Shown piece after piece: positions 18,345 through 29,000 of a stretch of 64,000 nt of DNA; position 1 is the stretch's first letter, and every line of letters starts with the position of its first letter. The notes below the pieces were generated by a model. It ran no database searches, had not been told where the DNA came from, and saw only the letters and a list, made by a program, of their open reading frames with translations. Where the stretch lies: NCBI GenBank assembly GCA_963664305.2, contig CAXXLV010000002.1:448001-512000 (forward strand), written 5' to 3'. Origin of the DNA: an uncultured Aliarcobacter sp. (lineage in GTDB: Bacteria; Campylobacterota; Campylobacteria; Campylobacterales; Arcobacteraceae). A program made the translations under genes and the position numbers.

Positions 18345-19034
18345 ATGAATACAGTTTTTATTGATACTCAAGATAAAAAGAAAAAGTCTGTATTAGTTAT
18401 AAGTGAAGATTTAATTTATTTAGATAAATTAAAAAAAGAAGTTAGTTTAACTTTCAATTTTACATTTTTTGAGAATAATAAATTCTATTTATTAAGTAGT
18501 ACGATTAATAATTTTGATGTAATCATATTTGATAATAGCAATAATAATCTAAAAAAATTTCTTGATGTTTTTAAACTTACGAAATCTTATAATTTTAATA
18601 TACCTATAATTTTATTGGAAGAGAATATGGAACAAGATTTGTCTTTATATAAAATTATTAATGTTTATTCAGTTTTTCAAAAGCCAATTGCTGTAGATTT
18701 TTTACTAAATACAGTTGAATTATGTGCAAATTTTTTAGATACAAATAAAAAAGTTCAGTTTGAAAATGGTTATTACTTTGATATAACAAGAGAAGAGTTA
18801 TTTCATGGTAAAAAAATTATTAAATTAACAAGAACAGAAAAAAAATTAATAAATTTGTTAGCTAAAAACCCAAATAGTTTAGTAACATATGAAGATATTT
18901 CAGATGTAGTTTGGAAAGGTAAAGTCTTTTCTAAATATTCATTAAGAAATGTTATTAATCATATTAGAGAAAAAACTGATGATACTTTCATAAGAAATTA
19001 CTCAAATAGAGGGTATATTTTAAACAGCATTTAG
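18345..19034 (+). CDS. OmpR-family response regulator with atypical receiver domain
   Basis: C-terminal winged helix (KLTRTEKKLINLL...LRNVINHIREK...RGY); receiver motifs degenerate. Confidence 0.8.
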   Translation: MNTVFIDTQDKKKKSVLVISEDLIYLDKLKKEVSLTFNFTFFENNKFYLLSSTINNFDVIIFDNSNNNLKKFLDVFKLTKSYNFNIPIILLEENMEQDLSLYKIINVYSVFQKPIAVDFLLNTVELCANFLDTNKKVQFENGYYFDITREELFHGKKIIKLTRTEKKLINLLAKNPNSLVTYEDISDVVWKGKVFSKYSLRNVINHIREKTDDTFIRNYSNRGYILNSI

Positions 19035-19072
19035 TTTTTTACTTTTTTTAAAAATTACAATATAATAATTTT

Positions 19073-19972
19073 ATGATAAAAAAATTAACATTAATATTTT
19101 TTATATTGTTTTTTTTTAACTCTTGTGAGAATACTTCAACAAAGTATTCTCCAAAATATCAAAAAGATAAAGTTATTGTAAGTAAACAAGTTTATATTTT
19201 TGGTATTCATCCTTTATACAATCCCAAACAACTTTTTGCAGTGTATCAGCCTTTGATTGATTATTTAAATAAAAATTTAACAGATGTGCAATTTGAATTA
19301 GAAGCTTCAATTAATTATGATTCTTTTAATGAAAAGTTATCTTCAAGACATTTTGATTTTGCATTACCAAATCCCTATCAAACTTTAGAATCATTAAAAT
19401 CTGGCTACCAAGTTTTTGCAAAAATGGCAGAAGATGAAAAATTTAAAGGAATTATTTTAGTTAGAAAAGATAGTGATATTAAAGAATTTGAAGATGTTAA
19501 AGGTAAAAAAATAAGTTATCCAGCTTCAACTGCTCTTGCAGCGACACTTTTACCTCAATATTTTTTATATGAAAATGGTATTGATGTAAATAAAGATATT
19601 GAAAATATTTATGTTGGTTCTCAAGAATCATCTATTATGAATATCTATTTAAAAACAGCTGATTTATCTGCTACTTGGACTCAACCTTGGGAAAAATTTA
19701 AAAAAGAGAGACCAGAAATTGCAAAAGAGATAAAAGTATTATGGGAAACAAAAAATTTACCTAATAATACTTTAGTTGTAAGAGATGATGTGCCAAAGGA
19801 TTTAGTAGAAAAAGTTGCTAAATTATTACTTGAGTTAAATTCAAATGCAGAAGGTGAGTTGATACTTTATAAAATTGATTTAAGTCATTTTGAAAGAGCA
19901 GATGAAAATACATATATTGTTGTAAAAGATTTTATAGATAGTTTTGAAAAGAATATAAGGAAAATAAAATGA
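19073..19972 (+). CDS. PhnD-like substrate-binding lipoprotein
   Basis: Lipobox-like FFNSC; FGIHPL, FALPNPYQ, GIILVRKDS, ALAATLLP, YVGSQESS. Confidence 0.85.
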   Translation: MIKKLTLIFFILFFFNSCENTSTKYSPKYQKDKVIVSKQVYIFGIHPLYNPKQLFAVYQPLIDYLNKNLTDVQFELEASINYDSFNEKLSSRHFDFALPNPYQTLESLKSGYQVFAKMAEDEKFKGIILVRKDSDIKEFEDVKGKKISYPASTALAATLLPQYFLYENGIDVNKDIENIYVGSQESSIMNIYLKTADLSATWTQPWEKFKKERPEIAKEIKVLWETKNLPNNTLVVRDDVPKDLVEKVAKLLLELNSNAEGELILYKIDLSHFERADENTYIVVKDFIDSFEKNIRKIK

Positions 19973-21615
19973 TAGAAAAAATCAAAGCATTTTATTTAAA
20001 CTCTATAAAGCGAAGATTGATTATAACTATAACTGTTAGTTATATTATTTTAATGAGTATTTTTGTTTATGATTTATTAAGTGAACAAAGAAAATTTTTA
20101 GAAACACAAAATATCAAACAAGTTAAAAGTTTAACAAAAAGTGTTGCTCAAAACTCTGTTTTATGGATGTTATCAAATGATTATATAGGATTAGAAGAGT
20201 TAATCTCTTCAATATCTAAATATCCAAATTTAGAGTATGCAATGATTTTAAATAAAGAAGGAAAAATTATTGCTCATAGTGATAAAGAATATGTAAATTT
20301 ATATATATCAGATGATTTAAGTTTAGCTTTTTTATTATCAAAAAAAATTGAACCATATATGCTAGTACAAAACAATGAAATTATTGATTATATAATGCCT
20401 ATTTTAAGAGATAATCAACATATTGGTTGGGTAAGAATTGCATTAAATCAAAATGAAATTTCAAAAAATCTACAACAAATTTTTTATGAAGCAATTTTAT
20501 TTATATTAATTGCAATAGTTATTGGATATCTATTTTCTTATTTTTTAGCAACAAATATTACAAAAGATTTATATACTTTAATAAAAGTAGCAACTCAAAC
20601 CGCAACAGGAAATAGAAATCAAAGAGCAAATATTCAAAGAAAAGATGAGTTAGGAATTTTATCTAATGAGATAAATAAGATGCTTGATAAAATTGAAGAA
20701 AATGAAAAACAGTTAGAAATATCAAACAGAGAGTTGGAAAAAGATATTGTAAAACTTGAATTGATGGATAGTAAATTAACTCAATTAAATAGAGATTTAG
20801 AGAAAAAAGTTGAAGAAAAAACTTACGAATTAAAAAAATTAAATGATAATCTTAAAAAAGAGATAAAAGAAGAAGTTGAACAAAATAGAAGAAAAGACAA
20901 TATGCTTTTCCAACAGTCAAAAATGGCTTCTATGGGAGAAATGATTGAAAATATTGCTCATCAATGGAGACAACCTTTAAGTCTTATTTCTACAAGTGCA
21001 AGTGGGATTAGATTGAACAAAGAGTATAACACATTAACTGATGAACTTTTAAATGAAGCGGTTGAAAATATAATGAACAGTACAAATTTTTTATCAAATA
21101 CAATTGATGATTTTAGAGATTTTTATAAAGTTGATAAGATTAAAGAAAAATTCAATATAAAAGATGTTTTAGATAAAACATTAAAATTAACAAGTTCAAG
21201 ATTTACAAATAGAGCAATAAAAGTGATTAAAGAGTGTGAAGATGTTGAAATTTTAGGTTTTGAAAATGAATTAGTACAAGTGTTTATAAATCTTTTAAAT
21301 AATGCAAGAGACGTTTTAGAAGAGTTACCATATGAAGAGAGATATATTTTTGTAACAATTAAAAAAATTGAAAATGAGGCTTATATCTCATTAAAAGATA
21401 ATGCAAATGGTATTGAAGAATCAATTCTTGAAAAAATATTTGACCCATATTTTACAACTAAAGGTTCAGATAAAGGAACTGGTATTGGATTGTTCATGTC
21501 AAAAGAGATTATCGAAAAACATTTTCATGGAAAAATAATCGCTCAAAATGAAACATTTACTTACAATAAAAAAGAGTATAAAGGAGCAAATTTTATAATT
21601 ACGATACCTTTTTAG
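19969..21615 (+). CDS. Membrane sensor histidine kinase (HAMP)
   Basis: Two TMs; HAMP (RKDELGILSNEIN); H-box IAHQWRQPL; N, G1, F and G2 boxes; ATGA overlap with upstream gene. Confidence 0.93.
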   Translation: MIEKIKAFYLNSIKRRLIITITVSYIILMSIFVYDLLSEQRKFLETQNIKQVKSLTKSVAQNSVLWMLSNDYIGLEELISSISKYPNLEYAMILNKEGKIIAHSDKEYVNLYISDDLSLAFLLSKKIEPYMLVQNNEIIDYIMPILRDNQHIGWVRIALNQNEISKNLQQIFYEAILFILIAIVIGYLFSYFLATNITKDLYTLIKVATQTATGNRNQRANIQRKDELGILSNEINKMLDKIEENEKQLEISNRELEKDIVKLELMDSKLTQLNRDLEKKVEEKTYELKKLNDNLKKEIKEEVEQNRRKDNMLFQQSKMASMGEMIENIAHQWRQPLSLISTSASGIRLNKEYNTLTDELLNEAVENIMNSTNFLSNTIDDFRDFYKVDKIKEKFNIKDVLDKTLKLTSSRFTNRAIKVIKECEDVEILGFENELVQVFINLLNNARDVLEELPYEERYIFVTIKKIENEAYISLKDNANGIEESILEKIFDPYFTTKGSDKGTGIGLFMSKEIIEKHFHGKIIAQNETFTYNKKEYKGANFIITIPF

Positions 21616-21617
21616 AA

Positions 21618-22670
21618 TTAATTTTTATTAATTGTAATTGTAAATATTGTTCCATGTTCATTGCTTGATACTTCAATATCTCCTAAACTATCTTTTTCTA
21701 AAATATTTTTACAAATATATAAACCTAATCCCGAACCATTCTTTTTAGTTTTAGTAGAAAAATAAGGATTAAAGATTTTAGAAATGATATTTTCACTAAT
21801 TCCACCTGCATTATCTCTAATCAAAATTTTTTGTAAGTTTTTTTCTTCATCAAAAGAGATTTTAATAAGAGCATTTTCAATGTTTTTTTCTATAAATGCA
21901 TCTTTTGCATTATTCAAAATATTTAAAACTACTTGGATTAGTTCATTTTTGGGAAGATTTATTTTTGTTAAATTTCTATTTTCAATTTCAATTTTTATAT
22001 TTTGAGATAAAAATGTTTTTTCTAACATTTTAAAAGCACTTAAAACTACTTCATTTAAATCAATAAGCTCTCTTGTAGAATTTATAGTAAAGAAGTTTCT
22101 AAAGTCATCTATTGTTGTAGACATATATTGGATATATTTATTCATATCACTTAACATTTCATCTAAAAAATCTTTATCAAGTTTATTCATATCACTTTTT
22201 AGTTTTACTCTTGTAATTATGCTAGAAATCGTTGATAATGGCTGTCTCCATTGATGTGCAATCATTGAAATCATCTCCCCCATTGCTGAAAGTTTTGATT
22301 GATGGATAACCATTTTTTCTTTTTCTTTTAATTCGCTCAAATCTAAAATAAAAACCATTTTATAATCTCTATCTTGATAAGCTAAATTTTTAATTTTTAT
22401 AATTACTGGAATAATTTTTCCATCTTTTGTGATTAAAGATATTTCTTGAAATAGTTTTTCATTATATTTTATAAATTTTTCTTTTGAAGTAGGAATTAGA
22501 ATACCTGTAGCTAATTTATCTATTAACTCATCTTCTTTTTCATATCCTAAAATCTCTAATAATGAATGATTTATATTTTTTATAAACCCTTCTTCGATTA
22601 TTAAAACACCTTCTATTGTATTATTAATTATTTCATTTAAATCTATAAAAATGTTGTTCTTATCTTCCAT
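21618..22670 (-). CDS. Cytoplasmic PAS-domain histidine kinase
   Basis: N-terminal PAS-like segment, no TM; IAHQWRQPL, DNAGGI, PYFSTK, GSGLGL. Confidence 0.9.
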   Translation of the reverse strand: MEDKNNIFIDLNEIINNTIEGVLIIEEGFIKNINHSLLEILGYEKEDELIDKLATGILIPTSKEKFIKYNEKLFQEISLITKDGKIIPVIIKIKNLAYQDRDYKMVFILDLSELKEKEKMVIHQSKLSAMGEMISMIAHQWRQPLSTISSIITRVKLKSDMNKLDKDFLDEMLSDMNKYIQYMSTTIDDFRNFFTINSTRELIDLNEVVLSAFKMLEKTFLSQNIKIEIENRNLTKINLPKNELIQVVLNILNNAKDAFIEKNIENALIKISFDEEKNLQKILIRDNAGGISENIISKIFNPYFSTKTKKNGSGLGLYICKNILEKDSLGDIEVSSNEHGTIFTITINKN

Positions 22671-22810
22671 TATTATCCATAATTTTGTAGTTTTTAAATT
22701 TTATCAAAATAAAAAAAATTTGACCATTAAAGTTGCAATTTTAAATAAATTTCTATATTATAATTCTTATTATAACTATTTTAGAATAAGAGAGCAAAAC
22801 ATGAGTTCAA

Positions 22811-22927
22811 ATGATAAATGGGTATAACGATTTAAATGTAAATATTAACGAAATTGCGTCAGAAACATCAGTTTTAGCTAATAATATTGTAAGTGCTGTT
22901 AAAACAAAAAAATTTAAAGAAAAATAG
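22811..22927 (+). pseudogene. Remnant of an MCP C-terminus (38-aa ORF, not in ORF track)
   Basis: MINGYNDLNVNIN-EIASETSVLANNIVSAVKTKKFKEK aligns by eye to two separate C-terminal segments of the MCP at 11986. Confidence 0.55.
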
Positions 22928-23017
22928 AAAAATATAATTTTTTTATTTTTCTCATGAAAAGATTATTTTTTATTTAAAATAAATAGTATAATAGTAAATA
23001 AGGTAAAAGGAATTAAA

Positions 23018-23185
23018 ATGAAAAACTTATTTATTATAATTGCTATTGGAGTTTTTTTTCTTGGATGTAGTAATAATCAAGAGGTTACTCAAGAAGATTG
23101 CAAAAAAGAAGGTAAAATCTTTAAAGTAGAAAAAGTACTAAATTATCGAACAGGAACATATGAAGATAGAGCTTCTTGTATTTAA
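23018..23185 (+). CDS. Small lipoprotein, 55 aa (not in ORF track)
   Basis: AAGGA RBS and upstream TATAAT; MKNLFIIIAIGVFFLG-CSNNQEVTQEDCKKEGKIFKVEKVLNYRTGTYEDRASCI with FLGC lipobox. Confidence 0.8.
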   Translation: MKNLFIIIAIGVFFLGCSNNQEVTQEDCKKEGKIFKVEKVLNYRTGTYEDRASCI

Positions 23186-23209
23186 TAAATTTATAATAAA
23201 GAGAAAAGA

Positions 23210-24247
23210 ATGAAAAATGCAAATGTAAGTGTAGAATTAGAAAAATTAGAAAAACTTTTAAATAAAGTTGGTGATTTAGTAATTACAAACTCTATGATGG
23301 CTCAGACAATTGATAATCTACCATCAGGGGAAGCAAAAAAAAATCTTCTTGAAAAAATCAATCTTTTACAAAGACATATTGTTGAACTTCAAGATTATGC
23401 AACAGATATAAGAATGGTTAAATTTGAAAGTATGTTTGAAATATATGATGATTTTCTAAAAGAGATAACTCCTGAAAATAAAAAAATAAAATTTGTTTTA
23501 GTTGGTGGAGAGACTAAAGTTGATAAATCTCTTATTGAATTATTGGATACATTGATAAAAAAAGTAATTTCAAATGCTGTTACTTATGGAATAGAAACAG
23601 TAGAAGAGAGAGTTTCAAAAGATAAAAATGAAGTAGCAACTTTAAAGTTAAGTGTTTATCAATTAAATGGACAAATGACATTTTGTATTGAAGATGATGG
23701 TGTTGGTATTAGTAAAGAAGATGTTGAAGAAATGGCAGGAATAAATGAATATACTAATAAATTTAATGCAGATTTAGAAGTAGAAAATGAAGCTGATAAA
23801 GGAACAAAAGTATCAATAATTGTACCATTAACTCACTCTATTTTAGATGGATTAAATATCAAAATTGGAAATAATATATTTATTCTTCCAACTTCATCTA
23901 TTGTTGAATCAATTCAACCAACAAAAGAGATGATAAAACTGGTTGGAGATGGAAGTAGTCAATTATTGATGCTAAGAAATGAGTTTATTCCAATAATTAG
24001 ATTATATGAATACTTTAATATTGTTCCAAAATCAACAAAATTAGAAGATGGAATTTTAATTATTGTTAAATCACAAGAGCAAAAAGCAGCTTTTTTAATA
24101 GATGAATTCTTACAGCAACAACAAGTAGTTTTAAAAGCAATAGAAACAAATTTCAGAAAAGTTGAAAGTGTTGCAGGTGCTACAGTAAGAGGTGATGGAA
24201 GTATTGGTATAATAATAGATGTAAAAACTATTTTAGAAGCTAATTAA
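23210..24247 (+). CDS. Truncated CheA-like protein (dimerisation, degenerate HATPase and CheW domains; no HPt)
   Basis: KLEKLLNKVGDLVI, IEDDGVGI, PLTHSILDG, QQQVVLKAIE..F.KV..VAGATVRGDG. Confidence 0.85.
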   Translation: MKNANVSVELEKLEKLLNKVGDLVITNSMMAQTIDNLPSGEAKKNLLEKINLLQRHIVELQDYATDIRMVKFESMFEIYDDFLKEITPENKKIKFVLVGGETKVDKSLIELLDTLIKKVISNAVTYGIETVEERVSKDKNEVATLKLSVYQLNGQMTFCIEDDGVGISKEDVEEMAGINEYTNKFNADLEVENEADKGTKVSIIVPLTHSILDGLNIKIGNNIFILPTSSIVESIQPTKEMIKLVGDGSSQLLMLRNEFIPIIRLYEYFNIVPKSTKLEDGILIIVKSQEQKAAFLIDEFLQQQQVVLKAIETNFRKVESVAGATVRGDGSIGIIIDVKTILEAN

Positions 24248-24257
24248 AGGATTTGAA

Positions 24258-25010
24258 TTGATTGATTATATCTCTTTAGAAGAATATGGTAAAAAAATAT
24301 CTGTTTTATTTGTAGAAGATGATGAAAATATAGTAAAAGAGATGGGCTTTTTGCTCGGAGATATTTTTGATAAAGTTGATATAGCAATTGATGGAAAAGA
24401 TGGATTAGCAAAATATAATGAATATTATAAAACGAATGAAGAGTTTTATGATTTAATAATAACAGATATTCAAATGCCAAATATGAATGGTATAGATTTG
24501 ATTAAAAATATTTATAAAATAAATCCATTACAAAAAGTTATTGTTTTATCAGCTTATAATGAAACAGACTATTTAATGGAACTTGTAAATATAGGCATTT
24601 CACAATTCATTTTAAAACCAATTGATTATAATACTTTCTTAGATGTAATTTTTAAAATCTCAAAAAATATATATGAATCAAAATATAAAAAAGATTCAAA
24701 AGTTTCTAAATTTATAAAAATTGATGAAGATTTAGTTTGGAATAAAGAGCTAAAACAGCTGATATATAAAGAAGAGATTTTTAAATTGACAAAAAAAGAG
24801 CTTTATTTAGTTGAACTTCTTTTAAAATATCCAGAAAAAACTTATTCAAATGAAGAGATAATCTCTTATTTATGGAGAGATGATTTGGAAAGTCAAGGGG
24901 ATATTTCAAATCTGAAAAATATAATTTCAAGACTTAGAAAAAAAATCCCTCTTTTAAATGTTGAAAATATTTATAGTTTTGGTTATAGATTAACTATAAA
25001 AAACTGTTAA
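24258..25010 (+). CDS. OmpR-family response regulator
   Basis: LFVEDD, IITDIQMP, VLSAY, ILKP; winged-helix C-terminus (ISRLRKK...FGYRL). Confidence 0.93.
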   Translation: MIDYISLEEYGKKISVLFVEDDENIVKEMGFLLGDIFDKVDIAIDGKDGLAKYNEYYKTNEEFYDLIITDIQMPNMNGIDLIKNIYKINPLQKVIVLSAYNETDYLMELVNIGISQFILKPIDYNTFLDVIFKISKNIYESKYKKDSKVSKFIKIDEDLVWNKELKQLIYKEEIFKLTKKELYLVELLLKYPEKTYSNEEIISYLWRDDLESQGDISNLKNIISRLRKKIPLLNVENIYSFGYRLTIKNC

Positions 25011-25013
25011 TTC

Positions 25014-25925
25014 TTATAAGTTTAGATTTCCTAAAAATTCTGAACTTAAAAGAGAGGCTTCTAGATTATTATGACTAAAATAATCACCACAAACACCCAA
25101 TTTTAATTCTTTATCAAAAAAATATGGCATATCTAAAGAGTTTTTAGCAAATGCATATTTCCAAAGATGTGGAATTTGTTTGAAATTTTCTAATCCTTTT
25201 AAAGTTTCTTTTTCAAAAGTTTTTAAAAATATTTGATGAATTTCTTCTTTAGTTAGTTCATTTAGGTTATTCGCAAACTCTTTTGTTGAATGTATAACAT
25301 AAGAACTAAAATCTTTATAGGCATATTTTTTTGAATTATTTATAATATCTTTTACATTTTTATTTTCATAAATTTTGTTTTCATCTAATTTTATATTTTC
25401 ATCTGAATATAAAATCAAAGAAAAAGTTGAATCATATTTTATATCTAATAACTTATTTTTAAAATCATCTGGAAGTTGAATATCCATTTGTAAAATTTGT
25501 GGAGCGGGAATTGTAACAAATAGTAAATCAAAATCATCAAAAATCTTATGATTTGAGTCTTCTAAAAGCCATTTTTCATTTTTTTTAATAATTTTTTCTA
25601 TTCGAGTATTTGTTATTAAACTATTTTCATCTATTAAGAATTTACAAATATTATTTATTCCATTTTTAGGTATGAATTCATCATATTTACTTTTTACAAC
25701 TCCATTTTTTGCTAAATCTAAACAAAAAAACTTTAAGTCATTAGTTATTGGAATTATTGATGAAGTTCCATAATCAATAAATTTATCATCAATATATTTT
25801 GTGCTTATTCTTCCTCCAACACCTCTTGATTTTTCAAAAATAGTTATATCTTGATATTTTTCTTTTAAATTATTATATAAATTACAGCCAGAAAATCCTG
25901 CACCAATGATTGCTATTTTCATCAA
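25014..25925 (-). CDS. FAD/NAD(P)-dependent oxidoreductase (renalase-like)
   Basis: IAIIGAGFSG, FEKSRGVGGRISTK, IPAPQ, HLWKYA, CGDYF. Confidence 0.85.
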   Translation of the reverse strand: MMKIAIIGAGFSGCNLYNNLKEKYQDITIFEKSRGVGGRISTKYIDDKFIDYGTSSIIPITNDLKFFCLDLAKNGVVKSKYDEFIPKNGINNICKFLIDENSLITNTRIEKIIKKNEKWLLEDSNHKIFDDFDLLFVTIPAPQILQMDIQLPDDFKNKLLDIKYDSTFSLILYSDENIKLDENKIYENKNVKDIINNSKKYAYKDFSSYVIHSTKEFANNLNELTKEEIHQIFLKTFEKETLKGLENFKQIPHLWKYAFAKNSLDMPYFFDKELKLGVCGDYFSHNNLEASLLSSEFLGNLNL

Positions 25926-26037
25926 AAAATCCTTTTTATATTTTTATGGGCAATGATAAAATAATTAGTTTTATAAAATACTTTAATATCACGATATACA
26001 TTATTAATAGACAAGAGGGTATAATGAATAAAAATTA

Positions 26038-29000
26038 TTGAATAATAAAAGGTATATTTTGAGATTAAAAAGTGTATTGTTTTTTTTATTAACATTTATT
26101 TTTTCATTAAATTCATACGCGATAAATCAAGAACAAAAAATCAAACTTCAACTTCAATGGAAACATCAATTTGAATTTGCTGGATTTTATATGGCAAAGG
26201 AAAAAGGATTTTATAAAGATTTAGGTATTGATGTTGAATTTATTGAATTTGATGGAAAATCAAATATTATGGATGAAGTTTTAAATGAAAACGTACAAAT
26301 AGGGGTTTGGGGTTCTGATATTATAAATGAGTGGTTAAATGGTAAAGATATTGTATTTTTAGCCAACTATTTTAAACGTTCACCTTTAGCACTAATTACA
26401 AGACCAGAGATTAGAACACCTGAAGATTTAATTGGAAAAAGAGTAATGATTCCTTTTTCTGATGCTTCAAGTGCAAGTTTTCAGCAAATGTTTAAGGTAT
26501 TTAATATTTCTAAAGATGATTTGATTTTAGTTGAACCAAATTTTGATATACCAAATTTTGATAAAGATAAAATCGATGCTTCATCAACGTTTCTACCAAA
26601 TGAGCCTTATCATTTTATAAAAAATGGTTTACCTTATAATATTTTAGACCCCAATAATTATGGAGTAGAATTTTATGAAGTAAATCTTTTTACATCTAAA
26701 AAGTTTGCAATAGAAAATCCAATTTTAGTTAAAAAATTTGTTGAGGCAACAAATAAAGGTTGGGATTATGCTTTAAATAATATAAATGAAAGTGTTAATC
26801 TAATTTTAGAAAAATATAATACTCAAAATAAAACAAAAGATGCATTATTATTTGAAGCAAATGAGAGTAAAAAGTTTATTTTACAAAAAAATTACTCTTT
26901 AGGAAGTATAGATATTGAAAAAGTTAGAAAAATTGCTGAGTTATATATTGAATTAGGTTTTGCACCTAAAAAAGATAATTTAGAAGATTTATTATTTATA
27001 AGAAATCCTACAACAATTTCTTTAACAAAAGAAGAAGAAAACTTTTTAAAAGAACATCCTACAATTAAAGTTGCAAGTGATAAGTTTTATCCACCTTTAG
27101 ATTATATAAAAAACAACAAACCATCAGGTTATAGTATAGAGTTAATTGATATTTTATTAAAGTCTTTGGGATTTAATGTTGAATTTGAAATAGATGGTAA
27201 TTGGAATAATCAAATTGAAAGTTTTAAAAAAGGTGAAATAGATATATTAACATCTATTTTCGAATCAGATTTTTATAAAGATAATTCAATATTAACTAAC
27301 TCATATTTAAAAGCACAAGATGTTATTGTTGTTAGAAATGGAGATGATTCTATACAAAATGCTTTTGATTTAAAAGACAAAGTTGTTGCTCTTCCAAAAG
27401 GTTATACATACTTAGAATTATTAAAAAATAAAGGCATTAATTTTACTCATTTAGAAGTTGAAAATATGCAAGAAGCTTTAGAAGCTGTTTCTGATTGTAA
27501 AGCAGATGCAACAATAGAATCAGATGCAGTTATGGAATATCTTATGGATAAAGATTCATATGTAAATTTAAAAAAGGTTTATAAGATATTTGATAATAGA
27601 GTAGGGGTATATCATGATTTCTTTTTTGCAGTTAATAAAGAGTACCCAGTTTTAGCACAAATGATTAATAAAGCTTTAGAAAACTTATCTGTTATTCAAA
27701 AAAGAGATTTAAAAGCAAAATGGTTTGATAAAAAAGAGTCACAAAATATAAAGACGATTTTATTAAATGAAGAAGAAAAAAGATTTATAAAAGAAAATCC
27801 AATAATAAAAGTTAGCAGTGAGACAAATTTTCCTCCTTTTGATTTTACAATTGGAAATCAACCTTATGGATTTAGTATTGATATTTTAAATATTTTATCA
27901 AAAAAAATAGGTGTTAAATTTGAATATCAAACAAGTGATAGTTGGTCACAACTTTATAATGATTTCAAAGATAAAAAAATAGATTTATTACATACTTTGA
28001 CAAAAACTCCACAAAGAGAAAATGATGGTATTTTCTCTGACCCATATATCTGGTATGAAACTCATTTTATAACAAGAAAAGATAACCCTGAAATAAATAA
28101 TATTGAAGAGTTAAATGGAAAAATATTAGTTGTTGGAAAATCTTGGTCAAGTGAAGAGTTTATTTCAAAAAATTATCCAAAAATAAAACTTTTAGTTGTA
28201 GATAATTTTGAAGAGATGCTAGAAGCAGTTTCAAAAGGTGAAGCTTATGCAATGATTGGCGAAAATCTAATGACTAGATATTTTATAAAGAAAAAAGGTT
28301 TTACAAATATAAAAATTTCTTCTGCTTTTACTGATTTTAATTCTACAGAAAGAACTTCATATAGATTTTTAACTTCAAAAGATAAACCTATTTTAAATCA
28401 ACTTTTAAATAAAGGATTAAATAGTTTAACTTTAAAAGAGTTAGATGAATTAGAAGAAAAATGGTTTGGAAAATTTGATATTGCCGATAAAATTGATGAG
28501 TTAAATATCAAACTTGATGATGATGAGTTATCATATTTATCAAAAAAGAAATTGATTAGAATGTGTGTTGACCCAAATTGGATGCCTCTTGAACGAGTAA
28601 ATGAAAATGGTTTCCATGAGGGAATGTCAGCTGATTTGATTAAAAAAATGGCACAAAAATTAAATATAAATATTGAATTGGTAAAAACATCTTCATGGGA
28701 ACAAAGTTTAGAGTTTGCTAAAAATAGAGAGTGTGATATTTTATCTTTAGCTATGAAAACAGAAGAAAGAGCTAAATATCTTGATTTTACAACACCTTAT
28801 TTATCTTTTCCATTTGTAATTGCAACATTAGACAATGCGTTATTTATTGAAAATATTGACCAAATTTTAGATAAACAAATTGCTTTAGTAAAAGGTTATG
28901 CTTTTAGTGAAATATTAAAGAAAAGATATCCAAACAAAGAGTTTATTGAAGTATCAAATGTTAAAGAAGGTTTGGATTTATTATCTCATAAAAAGATTTT

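Noticed and set aside
22801..22827. Mini-ORF MSSNDKWV
   Set aside because: Only 8 codons with no supporting feature; the overlapping frame from 22811 carries the MCP similarity
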